Shown: piece by piece, positions 40,459 to 52,374 of the stretch
Numbering within the stretch: position 1 is the stretch's first letter
How the letters are laid out: the number at the start of each line of letters is the position of its first letter
NCBI GenBank assembly: GCA_964016885.1
Contig: OZ024749.1
Span: 39,370,001-39,434,000, forward strand
DNA length: 64,000 bases
Direction of reading: 5' to 3'
DNA from: Eledone cirrhosa
Taxonomy: Eukaryota
Position numbers and translations under genes: made by a program
Notes under the pieces: generated by a model
What the model saw: the letters and a program-made list of their open reading frames with translations, nothing else
What the model was told of the DNA's origin: nothing
Databases searched by the model: none

Positions 40459-40653
40459 ATCGTTACAGAATTGAACTTACTGTCTACGTAGTTTGCAACC
40501 AATACAGAAAAAAACGAAGACATTTATTTTTAAAATGTATGCATGCCCATCTAATTATTTAGGCAGTAGTACTCAATTGATGATTAAAATTGTTATTTTT
40601 AATGTATTAACTGCTTCACATTGTTGTTTTTTGACAAGATAAGATATATTTCA

Positions 40654-41102
40654 CCCTTTTGTTACCATATTTCTAATGAAATACACTGCCTGTGAGTTTC
40701 AAATAATCAATTTGGAGGGATTCAGTAATATAAGGCATTTTCTCATTATTAAACAGATGTTTGGAACATAAAATTATGAAGGACGGTTTTTAGATATACA
40801 AAAATGTATTGCAGCAAATTGTCAAGTCGTTGGAACATCGGATAGAATTCTTTGCTGTCTTTCATTTCAAGGTCAAAAAAAAAGTACCAGTCTACTACTG
40901 GGGTTGATTGTTCCTCAACATCTCTTTCCAACTCTGAAAGAAATCAGCTGTTTTCACACTTGGAGATGGTATGTGCTCTGTTGGGTTTAGTGTCCAAGAT
41001 ATGCCATATGTCACTACAGCACCCTACAAATCCATTAGGAATTGTGTGTCCATACATACATACATCATAGAACTATGGCCAGTTTGGTAACAAAAGGGTT
41101 AA
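40654..41102. mobile_element. Second piggyBac-like MITE, between the two 3' UTRs
   Basis: cccttttgttacca ... tggtaacaaaaggg-TTAA TIRs. Related ends at about 3095, 4670 and 49880. Confidence 0.6.
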
Positions 41103-41443
41103 TACTCAAATTATTTTTTTCATGAGTCAGAGGAGTAAAACCAGCAACATTCATGATTTCTTTTCAGGAACCCCCTATTCAAATGCTTGCATTACAATAT
41201 TTCTGACAAGAACACTACCTATGATTTTGAACAGATTTAGTAATATAACTAAGTTTCTTGTCGAGCTGGTGTTTGGAATACAACTTACCAAAGGTTCTTA
41301 CTTAAAATTATTATTTTAGATAAATATAAACATTTTAAAATAGTCTTTTGTAGTACCAATTTCAAGTGAAGTTATGAAACAAATTTTGTACCATTTACAC
41401 ACATACATATATAAGAAATAACAGCAAGGCATAAGATGGAGGT

Positions 41444-41449
41444 TTTATT
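41444..41449 (-). terminator. Candidate polyadenylation signal of cyclin C
   Basis: AATAAA on - at the end of an AT-rich, TE-free tract downstream of the stop codon, about 1 kb from the malic enzyme 3' end. Confidence 0.35.
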
Positions 41450-43164
41450 AAATACTGTTTAATTCTCAAAGAAAATTACCAACAATAAAAGAAAATAGAA
41501 AAGATGACAAACATATTTACAATGGTTTTGGTAGTTATTTTCATGAATATATATATATTATAACCATATGGTCCCCTTTCTGAGAATTGTTAAAAAATAT
41601 ACTGAACTAAAAGACTTATATCTTCTAACAACTGATTTCAGAAATAATGAGTCAACTGTTATATACAAATGACTTACTAATGCATTCTAATATTCTGAGA
41701 TGATGTTTAGATGAAAGAAAACTTAATTTCATTGATAGAGTACAAATGATGAAAATATTAAATACTGAGTTAATTTTTACAACCAAGAATGGGAATATCA
41801 AAATGAAATATACAAAAATGTTTTATCTGATATGGATTTTATATACTCTTCATTATTAAACATAATTTTTCCTCAACTAAAATAGTTATCGTTTTAGCAA
41901 AGATCTAAAATCATTTCTAAAAAAAATATGATGATGATGTTTCTATATTTGACAAAATAGTTATGTACATTCTCCTAGTTCTTTAATAATATTACTAAAG
42001 AATTGATTTTAGAAGAGCTATAAACTCAAAGAAACTACTAAGATGAGCTTTATTTAATCTTCATAATTAAAGAGCTCCAATGCAAAAAATATAGATTTTA
42101 CATTAAATTGACTAAATATCTGTTAATTAAATATTGTATTTGTCTAAGCAATTAACTTTAAAAATTTAAATATGTACTGCTTTGGTTTCAAGTTATACAT
42201 GTTCACTGAAAGAAAAACATCAACCATAAAGACTTAAGCAGCCACCATGAATTAGAATGGCTGCAAAAATAGCATTTTTTTTTTTTTTTTTTCAATCCTT
42301 GTCATGACTTATTGTATTTTTGCTTCGTTTCTGAAAAAGAAAAAAAAGGTTTTGCTGATGAGTTGAAAAGAACATTTCATAAAAATAGAAAATTTAAACA
42401 ATTAGTTTCCATTTAAAATTATGAGAGAAAAATATGTACAAGAGGTAGTAACATTGTATATAAATGATCTTATAAAATATAACCTTTTCATCAAACTAGT
42501 TAAAAAATAACTTTAAATTCTTTTGATTTAAGTGTTCTAAAAGTTTTAGGAATTCTTGAAATCATTTATGTTGGGTAGTCAAGATTCTGAGAAAATGTAT
42601 GAACATTTGAAAACAATACTTTCTCTAATAATAAAATTAATTCTTAAAAGTAAATAAACAACAAATTCATTGGTATTTTGTCTATGTAAGTAAAATGAAC
42701 AAAACATCTTTAGACATCACTTACCAGTATAGGCAAATATTGTACAAATATAAAGCTAGAAGAGTAGTTAGTTCTGTTCCTAATTTGCACTGCTAGTGTT
42801 TCAAATGGACACTAGCTGGCGAGTGTTGAGAAAAACTTAACATGCACTCTTCATCCAACTGTAGCTTGGCCACAATATACAATACAGCAGGCTATTGAAC
42901 TAGATTTAGATTTCAATATTTTCAGAAAGTTCATTAGAGGCTTAAGCATATCTAAGTGTCTCACTTCCCTGCAACATGTTATCACTGAGTACCAAAGTCT
43001 GTTTCATGATGATGATGAATAAAGAAGTAGCTCAGCTGTTGCCCACATACCAGTTCAATGAGGTTAGCAACGACCATTTAATGGCAGTAAAAATGTAGTT
43101 TGAGACTCGCTAGTAATTAAATCAAATTGTATTTCCTCTATGGTCATTAGACTGAAGCGTAGCT

Positions 43165-46100
43165 CTAATGAGCTTGCTGGGATGGCTGCAAAGTGGACTG
43201 AATGTTTTCTTGCCCATTCGGACCTTGTAATGCAGGCCTGAGAGAGATTAAAAACAACAATAAAATGATCATCTTAATCAATATACAAACTGCTGCTCTT
43301 TTATAGCAAATGCCTCACTCGTAGCCAAACTAAACATCTTTCACAACTTTATTAAATAACATCCAATTCCACAATTATTCTATTTCAACCACTCATTCTT
43401 ATAAAATAAATTAATTTTAAAATCTGTATTAAAAGAAAAAAAAAAAAAAAAAAAAAGGTGACTCCAACCAAAGACTTCCATTATTTTATCAACTGAGCAA
43501 AAATAATTATATTTCTCAGTATTAATTAACTTTGAAATATTACATGATCATTTCTAATTTAGGCATAAGGCCAGCAATTTGGGAGAAGGGGAACATCAAT
43601 TATATCAACCCCAGTACTTAATTTTAGCGACCCTTGAAAGATGAAATGTAAATTTGACACCAGGGGCAGGGTGGTGGATTTGAACTCAGAACAAATATCA
43701 AGTCTATTCTGCCCTCACCCACGTTATATATAATGGTTTCTCATTTAGGAATAAGGCCAACAATTTTGGGGGAAAGTCGATTAAATCAACCCCAGTGCAT
43801 TACTGGTACTTTATTTTATTGACCCTCATAAGGACAAAAGGCAAAGCTAACCCCAGCGAGATATAACGTAAAGAGACATTGTCAATTCACCACCCTATAT
43901 ATACCAATGATAGTGAAATCAGTTTTATCAAAGACACCAAATTAAATGGTTATACACATTCTGTGATCTGTCCATGAACAGAATCACTTACAGTGCTTAC
44001 TTAGCTATGATTTGGGTAATTTGTATTTGAAATGAAAGATATTAAATTAGATTTAATGAAACCATAACCTAATTTAATATCTTACAAATTAGCTTGTTCT
44101 AATATATATTCATAACAATCAAAAGAATTTTCAGTCTAGTTATTTTAATTTAAATTCTCCAGAACCTTTCAAATATAATCCTGTAGGGGCTAGGTCTGGT
44201 TTACAAACAGATAAGCTAACAATAGATATATATATATATACTTTTGTTGTATGCAACACATGAATTAGTAAACGGTGATGCAATTAGGTTCAAGCACTGA
44301 ACAACATCTGTCTCCTTCCAAATGGGAGTTGGTAGTCCATGATAAAGTATACATACAATATTGAGAATTGTGAAGGTCAGAAGTAGAAATTCATAATTTT
44401 TTTTTTATTTAGAATCCACCATAATACATATTTCTGTGGCATCACACAACCAACAACACAACTTCATCGGGCAGCATCTTATCCGTGATAGGAGCAATCC
44501 CTAATTCATCCATCCTCTTGTATTGAATTAGAAATTTTACATAATCTTATTACTTAAGATGAAGTTGTGTTGGTAGTTGGGTGGTAATGACATGACATTA
44601 ACATGAATGACACAGATATATGTATTAGAGTAGATTATGAATCAAATGAATTATGAATATCTACATCTAGCCTTCAAAATTATTGTATACATATATATAT
44701 ATACACACACACAACCACATATATACATACATATACATATATATATATACAGTAAAGCGATGAAGAATTTATATTGCATTGTTCTTTGTTCTTCTAATAA
44801 TGTCATACATAGATTACAATAGTAAATGGCTACTGTTGTCAAATATAAACCGAAGTAGCTTCCAGAGACAGAGACAGCATTTGAGAACAGGTTTTGGTAA
44901 ATTGCAGTTTTTACAAGGACCAAGTGTAATCAGATCTATGACAATGATTCTAAGGTTTAACCTTTAACACGCTAGAACTCTTTATGAATTGCTTCCCTTA
45001 ACACTGCATTATGTATTAAGGGGAGATTACTCTATCGGCGACTTAACGCGCCTGGAGCGTCCGGAAGATTAATAAAAACAAAGCTTGCAAATTATGATGA
45101 AATGTAATATTTTCATGCAACAGTAATTAAGCGTCTAATTACCACACCTATTGAAACTAGCAGGTATTGGTAAGTTTCGGTTGCTATGGTGCAATGTAAA
45201 TGTTGTTTAAATTTTATTTTTGGTTGCTATGGTGCAATGTAAACTTCATTAATATTTTATATTTCTTACCTCTTCTGTTAAATGGCCAATTAATAGATAT
45301 TTTGAGATGATTTTAAAACTGGTTGTCATTTTCTTATCTTGTCCTGTTTGAATGAATTGATTCACAGAAATGGTGCGATTTAAACGAGGATAAAGAGTTG
45401 GACTAGATCTATTATAGAATCAATGTTGTACTTCATAATTCTCGTGTCAACAAAATGCCAGTAATATATTGAGGATCCTTACAAACAGGACTTTTGTCTG
45501 TACAGAGACTAAGTCTTATCTTGTGTTGATTTATATAAATACTTTTAAGTGACTTTTAATTTCTCATATCTTAAGAGTTTAGACCCTAAATAACTTAACT
45601 GTTCTAAGCCAGTTATTATATTCCCTAAATATTAAAAAAAAAAAACTGCAAAAGTGTGTCTCTATAATGTTTTTCTTAGTGTTGATATAAATATTTGAGT
45701 GTTAGAAGATAGTGTAACTCAGTGCCCACCACTGTTAACAATTAAATTAATCAAAACAGAATAGATTCATTGAATAAATAAAACGTTTATGTTTCTACTC
45801 ATACAACCTTATGATCTACAGATGCTGTTTTTCTACTTATACAACCTTATGATCTACAGATGCTGTTTTTCTACTTATACAACCTTATGATCTACAGATG
45901 CTGTTTTTCTACTTATACAACCTTATGATCTACAGATGCTGTTTTTCTACTTATACAACCTTATGATCTACAGATGCTGTTTTTCTACTTATACAACCTT
46001 ATGATCTACAGATGCTGTTTTTCTACTTATACAACCTTATGATCTACAGATGCTGTGTTTCTACTTATACAACCTTTTTATCTACAGATCTTGTTTCTAA

Positions 46101-49100
46101 CCCTACAACCTTTTGATCTAGAGATGCTGTGTTTATACTTATACAATGTTTTGATCTACAGATGCTGATTGAAATATTCTATAAAACAGAACCACTTACA
46201 TTCTAACATTTTAAAGTGATTAAACTCATTTCTGCAAAGGGTCAGAAATATTCTGCTGTGGGTTTCATTTGTATTAACAGCTTCTCAGCATTTCAACATC
46301 AGAAAGCTTTGAATAGGATTGAAATAAAGCTAAATAATAATTATTATTTTAAAGTTTGCTTTCCATACTGTCATGAACTGGATTGGCTGTCATGGTCTGA
46401 GACAGTTCCTCTTAGATAGGTCGGAGGACCACATTTCACTTGTATGTACCATTTTAGGCATGGTTTCTAAAGCTAGATGTTCTTCCTAACATCAATCACT
46501 TAACAGAGTGTACTGGGTGCATTTCATCGGGACACCAACACCAGAGAGGTTGTCATGTCCTTAGCAAGACTAAAAGGTTTCCTCAAAACTAAATTGTCTT
46601 GGTTTATTTGCCAAATACTTTACAGAGTGTATTGGATATATTTTGTGGCACTACTGAAATTGCCTTGTACCTTGCAAAGCTAAGGAGTTCTCATTATTCT
46701 ATGGTGTCTCTGTTCATTCAAGGTACCATGAATAGAAGGGTGACTAGAGGAGAGCAATAATAGAACTAGGGTGAGTGGGTGAAGTATACAAGACTATAAT
46801 GGAAGAAACCTAGTAAATTGGAGTGAGAGGGTGCTAGAAGAGGAGGTAATGTGATGGCAGTTACATATTTGCTGGGGTGAGAGGCTGGGGTGAAAATAGA
46901 AATCATAGGCCTGTTTCCATTTTAGAAAATGACAAATTTATGGTCTTTTTTCCTCCCAACATACATTAACCCTTTTGACCACATGTTCAAACTAGTGCCT
47001 CTCCTATATATATTTTCCAATACTCCCAAGGTTACCCTAATAAAATTAATTGTGCTAAAAAAATGTTTGCAGAAATCTGATCCCAAGATTGTTTCCTTAA
47101 GAAACTTGATTGCTTTATATATTTCTTATATTAACTGATTACACAATAATTTATGATTGTTATTAGTAATTTTTGGCATGCAATTTTAGTTATAACAATG
47201 CTTTTAGTTAATTACAATAATATTCTTTTTAAAAAAATAGCACACATTCTATAAACTAACAAGAATTAAATACAATGTTAAATTTAAACTTTTTCTCTGT
47301 CAAGATGTTGAAAATATTGAGAGAAAGTATATCATTTTTGCTACAGATGTCACAGCTAACAGTATTTCTAATGTCTGTAGAGGTGGCAATTTTACTACAG
47401 TTGTCACTGATAACAATTTCTAATGTCTGTAGAGATTATTTTCAATCATACCATAAAGTTAATTGTTTATGTTTTTGTATTTTATATTGTTTCTTTTTTG
47501 TTTATTCTATTTATTTCATTTGCATCACATTTTTCTTAACTTTTATATTGCATTGAAGAATAATATATTCTGAATCAAATAAAATTATTTTTACAGCATT
47601 TTTAAACAGCCTTTATTCCTTATTTATTGATAAAAATTTAGATAAATTTAGAATATTTATTAGTAAAAGTCTTAAGAACCTTCTATGAGCACAAATTGGT
47701 AGACATTTTGTTTTATCATTTGGGCTTTAAGGGTTGCTAGTGTTTATAGAGTTAATGGTGAGTCACTTGACCTTTTACAGAAGTTAACACAGAACATTCA
47801 AATTGTTTCTCACCAATCACTGAAGAATTCTGCCATAAAGCAACACACTTCTAACATATGCCTCATACAATTTGTCTTTCATACAGACAGGAGCAGCATC
47901 ATCATTATCATCATTGTTTTTAGATCCACTTTTCCATACTAGCATGGGTTGGACAGGATGGTTCGAGACAATGTTTTACAGCTGGATGCCCTTCCTGATG
48001 CCAACCCCCTTCAGTCACTTCTGAAACACGGGATACAAATGGCAACTTTTCCTTAAAATTGTACTTCTAACCCCCCCCCACCCCCCCCTTAGTTTACTTC
48101 TAGAACTTATCATCATCTCCATAACAGAACCTGTTACAAATTGAAACTCTATCTATATAAATCAATGTTAACCTCTATCACTTAAAAAACTTGCTTCATT
48201 AATTTAGGATCCCTGTAATTTCTTCTTTTACTTTCCCCCACCTCTTATATTTACAGCAGTTGATGCTAGACAACAGGAATAATAAACTACATTATATAAC
48301 TTGTGTTATTTTTTCTTTATATTCTCAAGGACAAGTGCACCAATATCATTTTGGATAGTGTTATCCAATGACATAATGTGGCTTGTGTTTGTCTTATTGA
48401 ATTGGTTTCTCCAGTTTGTTTTGAGAAAAAAAACGTGATACTAGTCTATGATGTAATTGTGTATATGTGAAATGTTGTGTTAACAATTTCTTTGTCTGAT
48501 AAAAATACTTATTGTTGGTGCATGGTTTATTATTATATGACAAAGTTGTTAGACTGTAAGGCTGAGAAAGACTGAATGTAAAGCATTCACATTAACAAAA
48601 ATGAAAAGGAGTTTTACATTCTTAAGAGAAGATAATTAATTAAAATAAGAGCAACATCTACAAGGTCAACAAAACAAGTTTAAAATGGGAGGTCGGATTT
48701 AGTAGTCTAAAATAATACTTTTATAGGAAAATATAATTTTATGTAGGAGTAAGATTAAGATATGGTAGGAAAATAACATGGCTATTTTAATTAGATCAAA
48801 AGATTAATGTATGAATAAACAAGAATAATTGTTTATTAAAGAATAAAAGCTTGAGTTTGCAATTTCTTAAAAGTAGTTTAAATATTTTAAGTACTGATCT
48901 AGTAAATGCAAACACAGGGGACTTAAATGACATTTATTTAAATACAAGCATCGACACTAAAAACATAAATATGTATTCAGAAATATGAAAAATAGACTGG
49001 AATACAGGATTTGAAAATTTGACCAAAATCTTTAGTACAGAACAATAATAGCAAATTTTCATTAGAAATAAATATACATATAAAACAGGTATTACCTGGT

Positions 49101-50317
49101 TGGGCTGGTCTTGGGTTTTGGCATTTTTACAAGAACTGCAATGATTTCCTTTTTCTCTTCATAATTTTTCCACAGCTCATAAAATGCTAAAATTTGTTTT
49201 GTAATTTCAAGAACCTGATTAAAAAAAGAATAAAAAATTATTTAACATGAATTTCTGAAGGTGTTGATTTAAACAATTTTAAATTGATATGAAAGTTATT
49301 ATTAATTCCAGTAAGTACTTACTTTGTCCATATCAACAGAAAGTTCAGCAAACCACTGCCGTCCATCTTTGTCTTGAATTACACAGGCTATATGCAAACA
49401 AGCTTGAAAAGAATAAACAATCAGATATTCAAATGGTCTCATAGGCTTCAAATATATTAGAATTTAAATATAATATTTTAAAAAAATAAAACCTTATATT
49501 TGAAATCAAATAATTCTTTCTAAGACTGGTACAAGGCCAGTGATTAGTGGAGAGGGAAAATCGATTATATTGTTCTCAGTATTTGATTGCTATTTTAACC
49601 ACCCCTGGAAACATCGATTATTAATAATTCTTTTATGGTCTAATGGTGATGGCACCAGTCTCTAGAACTGAAAATTGTGGATTCAAGTCACATCACAGCC
49701 ACCACTGTTGTTTAGTCTCAGGGGAGCAGGAAGTTCCTAGAAAGAACAGCACTTAAGAATATTTTTATTATCTTTATAATAAAAACATTCTTAGCTACTG
49801 TTCTAAATATCAGCTTTCCAAACGTTTATTATCAAAACAAACTGAAACACATAGGCAGTGGATTTCATTAGAAATATAGTAATGAAAGGGTTAGCTAGGT
49901 ATTTCTTCTGTGATCAACATACAAAAGATATGGAATTGGTAATTTCCTATCTTTGCAGTAGTGGGCAATAACTCTGACAGTACTAATTCTTTCTAACATT
50001 AGCACAAAGCCAGCAATTTGGGAGAATGAGAAAAACAATTATATCAACCCTAGTACATGACTGGTACTTTATTTTATCAACCCTGGAAGGATGAAAAGTA
50101 AACTCAGAACAAAGAAAGTTTTAACTAAATAGCACAAAGTATTTTGTCCAACACTCTACCAATTCTGCCAATCCACCACCCAATTGATAGTAATAATAAG
50201 AATAAGACACTTACCTAAAGCAATAAGATATGGTGGGTACATTAGACAGACATCAGTTCGAAGGCTATCATTTACTATTCTCCTGTAATGAAATTCAACA
50301 AATAAAGAATATATATA

Positions 50318-50351
<34 letters not shown>

Positions 50352-52335
50352 ACGAAGGAAATGTGGTAAGGAACCAGGTGGACCATAACGCACCAAAGTA
50401 CTCAATACTTAGGGTAGTAGAGTGGGTAATAGGAACAAGTAAGACCCCGGGGTCTTACTTGTTCCTATATATATATATATATATATATATAACACAAGTA
50501 AGAAGTAACTATCAAATACATACAAACACACAGGTAACTGTAGATTTACACACACACACACACACATATATATATAAACCATTTATATTGCATGGTTTAC
50601 CAAAGGGTAGAACTGGTCATTCTGGTTAGTAAAGCATTATTAGAAAACATTGATAATAAATATTTCTACATCTTCACATACAGTACAACATTATAAGAGA
50701 AACTAAACATTAGAAATAGCAACAAAGTCTTACCAAGCTACAGGTAGTAGGTTGTCATCTTGTCCAAGATCAGCACAGTATTGTATGAGAGGCCGATAAG
50801 GATGATAAAGAACTAAACAACAATCCTAAAAAAAGAAAAAAACAACAGAAATATATATATATATATAAAAATTTGACAAGATTCTAATTAACCCTTGATA
50901 TCAACCTCCCTGAAACTATCCCAGGTTCTATGATACAAAACTACCTATTTTTAATCATTTATATTATATTAAAACTGTAACATAATTTTATAAGTGAACT
51001 TTTTTCTTAAATAATGAACTTCAGTTGTGTCAAAGACATGACAATCTTCCGAGTATTGGTGATCTACATGATAAATGAACCCAGTACACTTGGTAGAGCG
51101 TTTGATGACAGGAAGGGCATCCAGCTTGCCAAACAAGGGTTGGGAGGACCCTTCAGTTGTGTCAAAGACATGACAATCTTCCGAGTATTGGTGATCTACA
51201 TGATAAATGAACCCAGTACACTTGGTAGAGCGTTTGATGACAGGAAGGGATTCCAGCTTGCCAAACAAGGGTTGGGAGGACCCTTCAGTTGTGTCAATGA
51301 CATGACAACCTCTCTAATGCTCGATTCACAACAAAATGTGGGAACATATATAAATGAGATGCAGGCACTCAGCTCATCTGAGAAGTCAGTAGCCACACCT
51401 GAGCACTGATTTGGTCTGTGAAGACCTGTCCAACCCTTGATAGCAGGGAAAACATGTTATATGATGATGATAATCATGATTTCTTTATTAACCACAAGGG
51501 TTTACATAAAGTAGACATTAAGGACAGTGCAGGACAATGCAGGACGGTACAAATGGGCATTTCTGCGTGTAAAAAACAAAAACAGAGGATGTAACAAAAA
51601 TAACAATGAAAATAACAATGAAAAATTCCCCAATAGGGGGGAGACTTCGGAGGGACATTTGTGGAGAAAGCCCAGTAAAAAGCCACAATGGTAATGAAAA
51701 GGATAAACTGTTAGATAGAAAATTCATAAAAATAAGTTACAATCTGAAAACAAAATAATTATTAAATGGAAATTAATTGTGATTGTTAAAATGGCTGAAA
51801 CTTTACTCACCATCATTTCTAATAAATAAAACTCACACTCTAAAACACTATTTATACGATAAGGATATTCTTGGGTGTAAGCATGAGAGAACTTGGTTTT
51901 CACTGAAATGAAAAATAAATGAAATAATGAGATAATTATTAGAAAAACATTTTTTATTTTATTTGATAATGATAATTATATGTCAAGTTTAAAATATAAA
52001 TACCTGATCTAATGTTTTTCTTTGTCTTCCCCAGCCTAACTCAGTAAACTGAACCAGCAAACTGATCATTGAGCCTCTGTTTCTCTCAGTTTTCCCCAGC
52101 CTAAATCAGTAAACTCAACCATTGTTTAAGCTTGGTAATGTTGAGTAGCTCACTGATAAAAGGAAAGTTAGCTGGTAAGAGAAGCAATGGTTGACGGCCA
52201 AATCGCTGGCTTGATAATGTCAACTTATGGATTGGACTTGACCTTTAAACTCTGCTAATGGTGATCGAACTTTGTGGAGAAGAATATCTCATGTTGATGC
52301 ACAGTCTGCAACAGGCAGAGTGAGCATCTAGAAAG

Positions 52336-52374
<39 letters not shown>

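Noticed and set aside
44430-44520. Short - strand ORF MDELGIAPITDKMLPDEVVLLVV in CCNC intron 10
   Set aside because: 23 codons, no convincing splice sites and no recognisable homology.
50969-51409. ORFs with a 44-aa repeat
   Set aside because: In-frame 132-bp duplication of repeat-derived intronic DNA.
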